NCBI GenBank assembly: GCA_963813025.1
Contig: CAWEXO010000001.1
Coordinates: 167,786 to 231,785 of the forward strand
DNA length: 64,000 nucleotides
Reading direction: 5' to 3'
Source of the DNA: an uncultured Verrucomicrobiae bacterium
Lineage (GTDB): Bacteria; Verrucomicrobiota; Verrucomicrobiia; Chthoniobacterales; JAFAMB01
The number at the start of each line of letters is the position of its first letter. Within the stretch, counting starts at the first letter, position 1. A program made the position numbers and the translations under genes. Below the pieces are notes generated by a model that was given only the letters and a program-made list of their open reading frames with translations, made no database searches and was not told where the DNA came from. Below, piece by piece: positions 1 through 9,912 of the stretch.

Positions 1-32
1 GCCTTCGTAATCTGACAAGCTGAAAGTCTATC

Positions 33-122
33 ACCGAGAAACAGTTCTGGGCATTTTCCGATGTAGCACTGATCCTCATCCGACCAGTACACAATGTGTT
101 CTTAGCGATCAGCGATCTTCTG
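33..122 (-). pseudogene. HicB-like antitoxin N-terminal remnant
   Basis: Minus strand reads KIADR*EHIVYWSDEDQCYIGKCPELFLG, matching the HicB-type 'V.WS.ED..Y.G.CP.L..G' pattern. In-frame TAA at 104-102; the similarity is cut off by a repeat at about position 32. Confidence 0.6.
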
Positions 123-219
123 AACCTTGCGTGGCATGCCGGTTCATCTTTTAAGCTAGGATGCTCACTTTTTTTTGAAGCCGAAATATCCTGGCTGACC
201 CGAGAAGGATCAGCTTTCG

Positions 220-790
220 AGCTTGTCAGGTTTCACGAAGGGCAGGGATGCAGGAGTCGCAGGAGTCGGGAGTTCAATGAGTTCGCCCGAGGGCCGGAGC
301 GTTGTGGAGTGCGTACGACTTGTCGCCGCTTTTAGACCGCCCGGAGCGCGGCTCTCAAAAGGCTTCCAGCCCGTGAGCGAGATTTTTTTACAGAAGACCG
401 CAGTAGATCGCGAAGAAGGAGAAAGCCGAAACTGAGCGAATCCCTGAGACCTTTATGGCCTTCCGTGGCAACTCTGACTCACTGCGCTGCCGTAGGATCA
501 GTTAAATGTTCCAGCTTGTCAGGTTTCACCACCGGCAGGACGCCGATGTTACGGCGGAAAACTAATCCAGGCTTCAGCTTGTGAGCGCTGATCCTGGCCC
601 GTGAGTTCTTCTCTATAGGAAGAGATGGTGAATCATTTTCGCGACCTTTGTGTCCTTCTGTGTGAATCTTCTGTGTGAATCTTCTGTGTGAATCTTCTGC
701 GATTTGCGATCGTTCATCGGCTGTTGGCTATTGGCTACGGTTATTTTGCCACAGCCGCATTTGCGATCTGCTATTTGCGATTTGCGATTA
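220..790. repeat. Cluster of dispersed intergenic repeats plus short tandem repeats
   Basis: GCTTGTCAGGTTTCAC occurs twice. GGAGTGCG..CGACTTGTCGCCGCTTT also occurs at about 52304. TGTGAATCTTCTG x3 at about 660-700, and TTTGCGA heptamers. The 570-720 block resembles 2360-2480 and 10370-10495. Confidence 0.7.
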
Positions 791-839
791 TTTTTGACCT
801 GGCCTCCTGCACGACGGAAGCGGCATGCTCGCCAGTCTA

Positions 840-1205
840 TCAGCTTTTCCGTTTGTGAATGATAATTGTGTTACCATCGGGATCGAAAATGCCGGCCATG
901 TGGCAGACGCGGCTTTCCGTTGGTTCAAACATGAATCTGGTTCCTCGGTCTTTTAGTTCCTCCACTGATTTTGAGAAATCTTCTACTTCGAGCGCTACGG
1001 TCGCGCCATCGACCGATGCTTTGAATTGTTCCGCACCCGAACCAAGTGCGAGAACCCCGGAGCCGATTTCGTACTCAACCCAGCCCAAAGCTTCACCTTC
1101 ATGGACCATGCTTGGCTGCAGACCAAGAACGCCCTCGTAGAACTGCCGGGCGCGCTTCAGATCAGTTACTGGGTTTACGGTGAAGGCGATTTCAGAGACT
1201 TTCAT
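840..1205 (-). CDS. VOC/glyoxalase family protein
   Basis: 121 aa with the VOC pattern 'V.DL.RAR.FYE.VLGL...ALEVED...DPDGN.I.IH'. Confidence 0.85.
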   Translation of the reverse strand: MKVSEIAFTVNPVTDLKRARQFYEGVLGLQPSMVHEGEALGWVEYEIGSGVLALGSGAEQFKASVDGATVALEVEDFSKSVEELKDRGTRFMFEPTESRVCHMAGIFDPDGNTIIIHKRKS

Positions 1206-1312
1206 ATGCTCCGCATGCAGTAAGTTCTGTTTCCGCGCAAATTAAGTCCTTAAAAAGACCGCTCCAAGAAGCACGTCAGACTTTTCACTCCAGCCAAAGT
1301 GGAAGAAAGAAG

Positions 1313-1905
1313 TCAGGCCGGGATAAAGCGCTCTTTTTGAAACTCGGCAAACAGGCGCAGCAACATTTCCTCGGTGTCAACGCATTCGTGGAAACCGAAC
1401 CGACACGCCTTCGTAGTGTCGGAGATGACATCGTACTCGAGATTAAAAATAGCTTCTCCGAAGGCCAGGAAACAGCTTCCTGATAGGAGTAATTCCGCAA
1501 ACCATACTTCTTGACCATACGGTTCCAGATCGGCTCCTTGTCAGACACGAATGATGCCAACGGCAGGTGTTGAAAAGAACCGCAGGGAAGTTTAAAAAAA
1601 TCTGCCAATCGCGGCCAAAGGTTCTCCCAACGGTTGATGTCCCCATTGGTGATATTAAATGCTTGGCCGTCGCACGCTTCGTTCTGACCAGCCCACACCA
1701 TTGCTTTGGCCAAAAGATTTGCATCGGTTATCTCCATCAAAGCTTGGTAAGCCGCCGTCGAACCAGGGAACCGCAGCGCGAGGCCAAGTTCTTTGCACAG
1801 CGCCGCGTAGACCGCGATCACGGTCGCCATGTTCATCGGATTACCGACGGCAAACCCGCGGATGCAGGAGGGACGGAGGGCCGTCCAGGACCACGCGGTC
1901 CTTGT
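1313..1905 (-). pseudogene. 5'-truncated SDR oxidoreductase (PRISE / progesterone 5-beta-reductase-like)
   Basis: C-terminal half only: WSWTALRP..I.GFA.GNPMN...FPG...AFNITNGD..RW..LWP, then a frameshift near 1460 into YDVISDTTKARRFGF. The Rossmann N-terminus is missing and similarity stops at the repeat starting at about 1911. Confidence 0.8.
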
Positions 1906-1910
1906 GCAAG

Positions 1911-2483
1911 GAAGTTCAGGGAAGTTTGGGAGGTATCGCCTCTGTCGGGAGGGCGATCCGCCTTGAGCGGACGAGCCCGGCGGCGCCGGGCGAAGACTCG
2001 TTCGAGCCGGGACTTTGTGGGTCGCCGCACACCCAAGACACGTGAAACAAGTTCTCGCTGGGGCCGCCGCTCGGCTCAAATAAAGAGAATGTCTCGCAAC
2101 ATCCGCTGACCCACGACCGGTAGGGCGAAAATTCATTCGAGCGCCAGCGAGAACTTGTTTGAGCCGTCTTGGAGGGGTGGCACACCCCTTATGTCCGGCT
2201 CAAACGAGTCCTCGCTAAGGCTCGGACAAATTTCGCCCTACCGGACCAGGGCCGAGGCACATGTTGCGAGACACTCTCTTTATTTTCACCCTACCGATCT
2301 TGTCCGGTCGCAAACAAAATATCAAAGCGCACCGGCGTGCTCCTAAGTTCGACAGATCCTTCCAGCCAGTGAGCGATGATCCTGCCTCGTCAGTTCTTCT
2401 CTGTAGCATCCGTGCTGAATCATCTTCGCGATCTTTGCGCGCTTCTGTGTCATTCTTCTGCGATCTGCGATTTGCGATCAGCC
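1911..2483 (+). repeat. Composite nested palindromic repeat, copy 1 (direct repeat of 9913-10495)
   Basis: Colinear with copy 2 from GAAGTTCAGGGAAGTTTG through GGTAGGGCGAAAATTCATTCGAGCG...TTTCGCCCTACCGGACCAGGGCCGAGGC...CACCGGCGTGCTCCTAAGT.CGACA to GATCTTTGCGCGCTTCTGTGT. Confidence 0.85.
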
Positions 2484-2554
2484 ATCGGCTATCGGCTATC
2501 GGCACAGCCGCATATGCTATTTGCGATTGCGAGCAAAGCGAGCCGAGTTCCTTG

Positions 2555-3376
2555 TCAATCGGCTACAACGATCTCAACCCCGGATTCGTTCAAGGCGGCA
2601 ACAAGGCGCGGCGAGGGCATAGCATCCGTGACGAGAACATCGATCTGGTCAAGAGAGACTACGTGCGCGAAGACTGAGCGATCCAGCTTTGTAGCATCAG
2701 CCAACACGATCACGCGCCGCGCGGCTTCTATCATCGCGGCCATCATCGAAGCCTCTTCGAATATTGTTGTGGATAATCCGCGCTCTGATATCCCGCCGAC
2801 TCCAAGAACGGCCGTGTCGGCACTGATAGGTCCTGCTTGCGGAAAGCCCACCGTGCCGATGGTGATCTGGGCGTGCACAAGGACCTGGCCACCCAGTAGA
2901 TAGACCGCCCGGGCGGTCTCCGGCGTCAATGCCGACGCTATCCCGAGATCATTCGTAACGATCGTGAGATTTCTGCGGGAACCCAACTGACCGACAAAAG
3001 CCCGGGTGGTCGATCCGCCATAGATGAGTAATGTCTCGCCATCGGCGATCAAGCTCGACGTCTGGCGTGCGATGCGACTCTTCTCCGCTGCCTGTGAGAC
3101 CAAGCGCTGTGTGACCGGTACATCCGGCACGATCACGTCGTCCAAGGGAACCGCGCCGCCGTGAGTCCGCTTAAGTAAGCCTCGCTCGGCCAGGTAGTCC
3201 AAGTCACGTCGGATAGTGTCCAGCGAGACGGCAAACTGAGCCGCGCTTTCCGCAACGGTGATGGCGCCGCGTATTTTTGCAGTTTTTAGCAGTTCGCCGC
3301 GACGTTGTGCAGGTATTGCATAGTCGGGGAGAAGGCCTTGATCCCCTTGGGCTTCTGATTTCGAATCAATGTCCAT
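2555..3376 (-). CDS. DeoR/GlpR family transcriptional regulator
   Basis: HTH 'VSLDTIRRDLDYLAERGLLKRTHGGA' plus a DeoR C-terminal domain (GGSTT, LTIVTN, VLADATK). Start taken at ATG 3376; divergent from the ABC operon. Confidence 0.92.
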   Translation of the reverse strand: MDIDSKSEAQGDQGLLPDYAIPAQRRGELLKTAKIRGAITVAESAAQFAVSLDTIRRDLDYLAERGLLKRTHGGAVPLDDVIVPDVPVTQRLVSQAAEKSRIARQTSSLIADGETLLIYGGSTTRAFVGQLGSRRNLTIVTNDLGIASALTPETARAVYLLGGQVLVHAQITIGTVGFPQAGPISADTAVLGVGGISERGLSTTIFEEASMMAAMIEAARRVIVLADATKLDRSVFAHVVSLDQIDVLVTDAMPSPRLVAALNESGVEIVVAD

Positions 3377-3526
3377 GCCGGTTTCTCGTCTTTTTGCGTG
3401 GCAACCTATCGAAAAGGCGTGTTCATCCAACCGTTGCTTGACATTGCGTTTAATGCTGATATCCGATAATACACTTAAAAACAAGAGGATTCATGCAGGC
3501 AGGATGCTGGATCTAGGAGAAAGTAA

Positions 3527-4858
3527 ATGCGTAAGAAACTGATCCAAGGTGCCGACGCTCAGGACAGTACTGATATGCGGCGTCGTGATTTCATTCGGGT
3601 TTCCGGGGGCGCGGTCGTAACCGCGACCATGGGCGCCCTTGGTATGCCGTCCCAGCTCTTCGCCCAGGGCAACCGAACGGAGATCACGTTCGCCAGTGCT
3701 CGGTTTTTTTCAACTGACACAATGCAGCAGGTGATCGAATCCTACAATAAGTCGCAGAATTCCGTACACGTCAGCTATATCGAACTGCCGCCGCCGAGTA
3801 GCTCCACAGAAGTTCATCAGCAACTGGTCCAACAACTTGCCCGCAAAAACGGCTCACCTGATGTTTTTACACAGGATATTATTTGGATTGCCGAATTCGC
3901 ACAGGCTGGCTGGACACTACCGCTCGACCACTATTTTGGTGCCGACGAGATGAAGGCTTTCTTTCCAGGTATTGTCCAGGGCTGCACTTGGAAAGGTCAG
4001 CTCGTTGGGATGCCCTGGTTCCTGGACTCCGGCAAGCTCTATTATCGAACCGACGTGTTACAGAAGCTCGGTGCCGGCGTTCCAGAGACCTGGGATCAGC
4101 TGATCGAGACGGCCCAGAAAGGTATGAGCGGAGACGTGCGTTTTGGTTTTATCTGGCAAGCCAAACAAGCCGAGATCCTGACTTGCACTCTGGTCTCATT
4201 CGTTGGGTCTAATGGCGGTTCTATTCTCGGTTCGGACGGAAAAACGGTAAAGATTGCCGAGCCCGAGGCCAAAGCCGCAGTGCAACTGATGCATGACACT
4301 ATTCACAAGTACAAGGTCACGCCGTCTGACGTACTAACCTGGGACGAGGAACCATCGCGCAGGCCATTCACCGCCGGGCAATCGGTTTTTCTTAGAAACT
4401 GGAGCTATGTATGGTCGATCGCTCAGGACAAGACGCAGTCGGATGTTGTCGGCAAGGTTGAGGTCGCGCCACTCCCTCATTTTCCTGGTAAGAAGAGCGC
4501 GGCGTGCCTCGGCGGTTATCAGTATGGTGTTAACGCCTCGACGAAAAACAAGGAAGCGGCGATCGACTTCCTGCGCTGGCTATCCACTCCCGCGACCCAG
4601 TTGCACTTCGCGACGACGGAGGGATTTGTGCCGACGCGTCTGGCCGTTTTTGATGAGCCAGAACTCGCGAAGACTCAGCCCTTTATCCAGAAGCTAAAGA
4701 CCGTCTCCCTCGGCGCGATACCACGTCCGGTCACCCCGAAATACCCGCAGGTCACCCTTGTGCTCCAGTCAGAGGTCTCACGCGCCCTGGTCAGCGGTGA
4801 CGTTGATGGCGCACTGAACAGAGCCAAGACGCAAATCCAAAGGATCGTCGGGGCATAA
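3527..4858 (+). CDS. Sugar ABC transporter substrate-binding protein (CUT1), Tat signal
   Basis: RRRDFIR twin-arginine motif; PDVFTQDIIWIAEFA, LYYRTD, FLRNWSY and PRPVTPKY resemble trehalose/maltose-type binding proteins. AGGAG RBS upstream. Confidence 0.92.
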   Translation: MRKKLIQGADAQDSTDMRRRDFIRVSGGAVVTATMGALGMPSQLFAQGNRTEITFASARFFSTDTMQQVIESYNKSQNSVHVSYIELPPPSSSTEVHQQLVQQLARKNGSPDVFTQDIIWIAEFAQAGWTLPLDHYFGADEMKAFFPGIVQGCTWKGQLVGMPWFLDSGKLYYRTDVLQKLGAGVPETWDQLIETAQKGMSGDVRFGFIWQAKQAEILTCTLVSFVGSNGGSILGSDGKTVKIAEPEAKAAVQLMHDTIHKYKVTPSDVLTWDEEPSRRPFTAGQSVFLRNWSYVWSIAQDKTQSDVVGKVEVAPLPHFPGKKSAACLGGYQYGVNASTKNKEAAIDFLRWLSTPATQLHFATTEGFVPTRLAVFDEPELAKTQPFIQKLKTVSLGAIPRPVTPKYPQVTLVLQSEVSRALVSGDVDGALNRAKTQIQRIVGA

Positions 4859-4911
4859 TAAGTGGTCTTCCGGGTAGCTGTCGGACCTCATAGCAGGATC
4901 TGCGGCTACAC

Positions 4912-5859
4912 ATGCGGCTTATGGCGATCGCTAAAACACTGAGTCAGCAAGCGAGTCTGCGTCCGCCGTACGGTCGGTCCAAGGTTTGGGCGCCCGCGCC
5001 GGCACTATTGCTGGCGCCGGCGTTAGCGGCCATCGCAGCGATCTCGATTTATCCGGTGGTTCTTGGTCTCTGGCTCTCGCTCCGAGACACCACGCTATCA
5101 TCTCCAACGGATTCATTTGTCGGCCTGGCGAATTTCCAACAGCTTCTCTCGGATGGCCAGTTCTGGAACGCATGGGTACATACGATGGAATTTATGAGTG
5201 CGTCGACGCTGCTGGAAACTTTGATCGGATTGTTAATTGCGCTAAATCTGACGGAACGATTTCTGGGCCGCGGACTTGTCCGAGCAGCGATGTTAGTACC
5301 ATGGGCGATTCCCACGGTGGTAACCTCAAAGATGTTCGGCTGGTTGTTCGACGGACAGAACGGCGTCGTTAATTATCTTCTGCGAAGTGCCGGCTTCATC
5401 CAGCACAACATCAGTTGGTATGGATCGCCTGATCTTGCCTTAGGGACGATTGTCATTGCCGATGTCTGGAAGACTACTCCTTTTATGGCCCTGCTTCTTC
5501 TAGCCGGGCTGCAGACTATTCCCCGTTCTCTTTCCGAAGCTGCCTTAATTGACGGCGCTAAGCCCTGGCAACGTTTCTGGTGCGTCAGGCTGCCATTACT
5601 GGCCCCCACCCTCCTGATCGCTGCGATGTTTCGCGCCTTGGATGCTTTCCGGATCTTCGATCTTGTCTACGTCTTGACTGGCGGCGGCCCGGCGGACTCT
5701 ACCGAGGTCCTTTCAACGTTAACCTACAAAAATCTCTTCTCGGCGCTCCAGCTCGGATATGGATCCGCACTCTCCACTGCGATGTTCATCACCGAAATTT
5801 TCATCGCTCTGGGCTTCGGGATCTTCATTTTGCGCAAACTGAAGGAGGTCGGCCAATGA
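4912..5859 (+). CDS. Carbohydrate ABC transporter permease (MalF/UgpA-like)
   Basis: Multiple TM segments; EAA loop 'EAALIDGAKPWQRF', and 'LTGGGP'. Confidence 0.92.
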   Translation: MRLMAIAKTLSQQASLRPPYGRSKVWAPAPALLLAPALAAIAAISIYPVVLGLWLSLRDTTLSSPTDSFVGLANFQQLLSDGQFWNAWVHTMEFMSASTLLETLIGLLIALNLTERFLGRGLVRAAMLVPWAIPTVVTSKMFGWLFDGQNGVVNYLLRSAGFIQHNISWYGSPDLALGTIVIADVWKTTPFMALLLLAGLQTIPRSLSEAALIDGAKPWQRFWCVRLPLLAPTLLIAAMFRALDAFRIFDLVYVLTGGGPADSTEVLSTLTYKNLFSALQLGYGSALSTAMFITEIFIALGFGIFILRKLKEVGQ

Positions 5860-6728
5860 AGGCTGCACCGGTCACTGAACAGATATCACCGCGAGGCTTT
5901 TCCTTGTTTCCTTGGAACCGAGTCGCGATCTACGCCTGTGCCCTGTTTGTTGTGTGTTGGTCAGTCGGACCATTCCTGTGGCAGATGTCTACCTCGCTAC
6001 AGTTAGACAAGCGGCTAGTTAGCGGTAATCCGACGCTGATACCTGATCCGATAACCTTCGATCATTTTATTAACATCTTCGTGGGCAAAAACCTTCACCG
6101 GTACCTTCTTAATTCAGTAATTGTGGCCGGTACAACGACGTTTTTTTGTTTACTCTTCGGAGCCGTCGGAGCGTTTGCGCTCGCGCGACTCGATATCCGT
6201 GGCCGTTTTGGGATTCTGGGCTTCATTCTGGCGGTCTCGATGTTCCCGCAGATTGCGATCGTCGCTCCGCTCTACGTGTTAGCTTCGCAGTTCGGCTGGT
6301 TGGACACGTACAGAATTCTGATTGTTGTTTACCTTGCGCTAGGCTTGCCATTGGTGATCTGGGTACTCTTCGGCTATTTCCGGACGATTCCACAGTCCAT
6401 CGACGAGGCCGCACGAATCGACGGCGCAAGACCCCTGGCCATCTTTTTCTTGATCACACTCCCGATGTCTCTCCCCGGTGTCGTCACGACTGGGCTACTC
6501 TCCTTCATCGCTGCCTGGAATGAATTTATGTTCGCGCTAGCGTTCACCTCGGATATCAACCATCAAACCGTCCCCGTGGGCATCGCGAACTTTACGGACG
6601 TTCACTATATTCCGTGGGGTGATATCGCGGCGGCTTCTGTGGTTGTAACCCTTCCGCTTGTGGTGCTGGTACTCGTCTTCGAACGTAACATCATTGCTGG
6701 CCTCACAGGAGGAGCGATCAAGGAATGA
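5856..6728 (+). CDS. Carbohydrate ABC transporter permease (MalG/UgpE-like)
   Basis: Start MKAAP overlaps the previous stop (ATGA); 'DEAARIDGA', 'AWNEFMFA', 'GLTGGAIKE'. Confidence 0.92.
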   Translation: MKAAPVTEQISPRGFSLFPWNRVAIYACALFVVCWSVGPFLWQMSTSLQLDKRLVSGNPTLIPDPITFDHFINIFVGKNLHRYLLNSVIVAGTTTFFCLLFGAVGAFALARLDIRGRFGILGFILAVSMFPQIAIVAPLYVLASQFGWLDTYRILIVVYLALGLPLVIWVLFGYFRTIPQSIDEAARIDGARPLAIFFLITLPMSLPGVVTTGLLSFIAAWNEFMFALAFTSDINHQTVPVGIANFTDVHYIPWGDIAAASVVVTLPLVVLVLVFERNIIAGLTGGAIKE

Positions 6729-8029
6729 CTACCGGCCGATGGCAAGAGGTTTATTCTGATCTTATCAAGCGATTGCCCGATTTTGTCAGCGGTGCCCGGC
6801 TGGCGATGTGCGGCTTAGCCACGTGCGTCGATGCTTACGTGCGCTTAGATGCGGCAGAGAAACTGCTGAACGCGAAGAAAGGGACACCGCAAGCTGAGCT
6901 CGCGAAGGAACTGCTTCGAAGGGCAGCGGCCGGCATCGGCGGGGAGTTTCGGATGAATTGGCCGGCCGGAGGGACCTGGGTCGAAGAAAACCTTCAGGTC
7001 TCAAATTGGGGTATCGGTGGAACAGGAGCTCAAGCAGCACAAACGCTCGCTACACTCGGGGCACCGGCGCTGATGAGCTTGGAAGACCGGGGCGCGCGCC
7101 AGCTATCGGTTACTCATCCGGACATCCAGGTAGGATCCAGTTCCGGTCTGGTTCGGTGCAGGGATCTTCCCGTCCTCAAAACCCAGAAACCCGCCCACTA
7201 TATTTTCGAATTTACCGAAGGAGTCAGGGTTGGATCTATCATTCCGAAACGTTCGACGCGAATAATCGTTCTATTCGCCCCTGATTCACTCGACAGAGAT
7301 CCTGACTTCGCTCGTGAGAGTATCGCGGCCGCTCCTGGAGCGGGCGCGGGAATTTTGTGTGGCTTTAACGGAGTCGCTGACCGGGAATTGGATACGGCGG
7401 TCGGCGAGGCGCTGAGCCTGGCTAAGGCTTGGAGCGATCAAGGCCTCAAAACTATTCATTTGGAGCTAGGCGGCTATTCGCGCGACAACAACAGGGACGC
7501 CGTCTTGAACGGTCTCATTCGGGTTATCACCTCCCTTGGAATGAGCGAATCAGAGTTTCGCGGCTTGTTTGGGGAATCCCAAGATCCAGTCGCGGGAGCT
7601 CACGAACTCGCCGAAAGGTCCGGGCTCTCTCGCTTGTGCGTCCATGCTGACACTTGGGCAATGGCGATAACCCGGAACGATCCAGAACGCGAGCTCGAAG
7701 CGCTGCTGATGGGTTGTCTCCTGGCATCCACCCGCGCCGCGGTTGGGCGGGTCACGGTGCCACAGGGACTGCCGGACGGTTCACGATTCTTCGAGCCTCC
7801 TCTTCCGGTCTCGAAACGCTGTGACGGTTGGTGTGCCGTCTGCTGTCCGGTGCCCTATCTCGCGACTCCGGTCGCCACGATAGGCCTTGGCGATACGTTC
7901 CTCGCCGGCACTTTGCTTGTTCTCAGCGCGGAGTTCGCGATGCCCCGGCCACGGCAGACGCATCGGCTTCCCGAAACGATAAGACGATTGACTAAATATT
8001 ATGAATACACGTTTAAAAAACCACATTAG
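6725..8029 (+). CDS. ADP-dependent glucokinase/phosphofructokinase family protein
   Basis: IGGTGAQAA, HYIFEF, HLELG, GMSESE, CVHAD and the C-terminal 'TIGLGDTF.AG' ribokinase-fold catalytic motif typical of ADP-GK/PFK proteins. Confidence 0.8.
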   Translation: MTTGRWQEVYSDLIKRLPDFVSGARLAMCGLATCVDAYVRLDAAEKLLNAKKGTPQAELAKELLRRAAAGIGGEFRMNWPAGGTWVEENLQVSNWGIGGTGAQAAQTLATLGAPALMSLEDRGARQLSVTHPDIQVGSSSGLVRCRDLPVLKTQKPAHYIFEFTEGVRVGSIIPKRSTRIIVLFAPDSLDRDPDFARESIAAAPGAGAGILCGFNGVADRELDTAVGEALSLAKAWSDQGLKTIHLELGGYSRDNNRDAVLNGLIRVITSLGMSESEFRGLFGESQDPVAGAHELAERSGLSRLCVHADTWAMAITRNDPERELEALLMGCLLASTRAAVGRVTVPQGLPDGSRFFEPPLPVSKRCDGWCAVCCPVPYLATPVATIGLGDTFLAGTLLVLSAEFAMPRPRQTHRLPETIRRLTKYYEYTFKKPH

Positions 8030-9023
8030 CACGCGCGTTCCTGGCATTGATCCCGGGAAAATGCGCAGCTTTCAACGGGTTATTTCTCATGACGGATTCT
8101 TTCTGATCTGCGCGCTCGACCATCTTTCGGATTTCCAGGAGCTGCTGGATCCTGATCCAAAAACTGTCGATTACGCCCGCACAATGGATGCAAAGCTCGA
8201 TCTAATTCGCGCCATTTCCGGTGAGGTCAGCGCCTTCTTGCTCGATCCCCGCTTTGCCTTAGCGCAAGCCATTGCCTCGAGGGCCCTACCTGCGTCGATG
8301 GGCTTTATGTCATCCATTGAGGACGAAGGTTACCACGGTTCTGAGTCCCGGATGACCAAGCTGCGACTGGGTTGGGGTACCCGCAAAATTAAACTGATCG
8401 GCGCCGACGTGTGTAAGCTGCTCTGGTTTTTCCGACCAGACAGTGGGACTGCCGACTTCCAGCGCGGCGTTCTAAAGCGCCTCGTGGCCGAGTGCGCGGC
8501 TCTTTCCCTGCCGCTCGTCGTCGAGCCGATCTGGTATTCGCTACCAGACGAACAACCGACGAGTACGGCATGGAAGGTCCGGCGCGTCGAGGGCATCATT
8601 GAATCCGCTCACGAAGCTAGTCGTTTCGGCGTTGACATGCTCAAAGTCGAGTTTCCTGGTGACGTCAGTTCCGAGGAAAGTCAAGACGAGGCTCTCGACG
8701 CGTGCCAACGCCTGGAAAAGGGCGTAAATGTGCCGTGGGTGATCCTCTCGGCAGGCGTTTCCTACGATAGCTTTAAGAAGCAAGTCGAGATTTCCTGCAA
8801 GGCGGGTGCATCCGGATATCTCGCGGGGCGCTCGATTTGGCGCGATGCTGTGTCGACGCACGATCCCGGTGCGAAAAAGGGCGCGATTGCCGACGCGGTT
8901 GCGCGGCTTTCCGAGTTGAATGCGATTACTCGCGCTCACGGCAGGCCCTACCTCCCGGCATTCAGCGGAACGGCTCTCCAGGAGGCTTTGCCGGAATTCT
9001 GGTATGAAGGCTGGCATCCCTGA
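8001..9023 (+). CDS. Class I aldolase, tagatose-1,6-bisphosphate aldolase (LacD/YihT-like)
   Basis: ALDH, LLDP, K.LLWFFRPD, VVEP, Schiff-base lysine in DMLKVEFP, PWVILSAGV, ASGYLAGRSIW. Confidence 0.85.
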   Translation: MNTRLKNHISTRVPGIDPGKMRSFQRVISHDGFFLICALDHLSDFQELLDPDPKTVDYARTMDAKLDLIRAISGEVSAFLLDPRFALAQAIASRALPASMGFMSSIEDEGYHGSESRMTKLRLGWGTRKIKLIGADVCKLLWFFRPDSGTADFQRGVLKRLVAECAALSLPLVVEPIWYSLPDEQPTSTAWKVRRVEGIIESAHEASRFGVDMLKVEFPGDVSSEESQDEALDACQRLEKGVNVPWVILSAGVSYDSFKKQVEISCKAGASGYLAGRSIWRDAVSTHDPGAKKGAIADAVARLSELNAITRAHGRPYLPAFSGTALQEALPEFWYEGWHP

Positions 9024-9031
9024 GAAATGTC

Positions 9032-9889
9032 ATGCCGCAAAAATTGAACTTTCTGAGCCAGATGACCGGGTCATTTGGCCTGTCCGCAGCCGGCAACCCG
9101 ACCGTCGCCATGATTGAGGCGGCCTTTAATCATCATGGACTCGACTGGCGTTATATGAATTGTGAGGTTAAACCGGAAAAGCTGGGCGACGCTGTTCGCG
9201 GCGCTCGGGCAATGGGGTGGGCCGGTTTTAACTGCTCTCTGCCACACAAGGTTTCGGTCATCGAGCATCTCGACGGCCTCGGCGAGTCCGCAGCGATCAT
9301 GCGCGCGGTTAATTGCGCAGTCCGACACGGGGACACGTTCATCGGCGAGAACACTGATGGAAAAGGGTTTATGATGTCTCTGCAAGGTATCGTAGATCCG
9401 CGCGGCAAGAATATTGTCCTATTCGGTGCGGGTGGAGCGGCCCGAGCGTTGGCGGTCGAACTCGCTTTGGCCGGCGCGCACTCGATATCTGTGGTGAACC
9501 GCAGTCGAGAGCGCGGCGCGGAATTGATCAGGGTCATAAATGACAAGACGCCTGCTAAGGGAGAGCTGGTTGTTTGGGACAAGACATATCAGGTGCGTCC
9601 GGATGCAGCCATCGTGATTAACGCCACCTCGATCGGTTTGTATCCAGATGTCGATGGTCGACTCGATATTGATACCGAATCACTCAAACCGGAGATGGTG
9701 GTTGCGGATGTCGTTCCGAGCCCACCCCGCACCAATCTCATTAAGGATGCCGAAGCGCGTGGCTGCACGATCGTCGACGGCCTTGGTATGCTGGTAAATC
9801 AAGGTGTCATCAGCATAAAGTATTGGACCGGATTCGATGTTGACGCAGCGGTTATGAGGGGAAAGCTCGAGCATATTTATCGCTTATAG
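9032..9889 (+). CDS. Shikimate dehydrogenase family protein (AroE/YdiB-like)
   Basis: GFNCSLPHK, AVNC, GENTDG, FGAGGAARA, NATSIG, DGLGMLVNQG. Confidence 0.9.
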   Translation: MPQKLNFLSQMTGSFGLSAAGNPTVAMIEAAFNHHGLDWRYMNCEVKPEKLGDAVRGARAMGWAGFNCSLPHKVSVIEHLDGLGESAAIMRAVNCAVRHGDTFIGENTDGKGFMMSLQGIVDPRGKNIVLFGAGGAARALAVELALAGAHSISVVNRSRERGAELIRVINDKTPAKGELVVWDKTYQVRPDAAIVINATSIGLYPDVDGRLDIDTESLKPEMVVADVVPSPPRTNLIKDAEARGCTIVDGLGMLVNQGVISIKYWTGFDVDAAVMRGKLEHIYRL

Positions 9890-9912
9890 GGGGCCGAGGA
9901 AACTTCGGCAGA

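Noticed and set aside
1285..2136. 283-aa ORF as an intact novel protein
   Set aside because: Its N-terminus is translated repeat sequence and its C-terminus is out of frame; it is a truncated SDR.
3438..3470. Sigma70 promoter (perfect TTGACA plus GATAAT) for the sugar operon
   Set aside because: The spacing is 21 nt, too long, and there is no convincing -10 at 16-18 nt.
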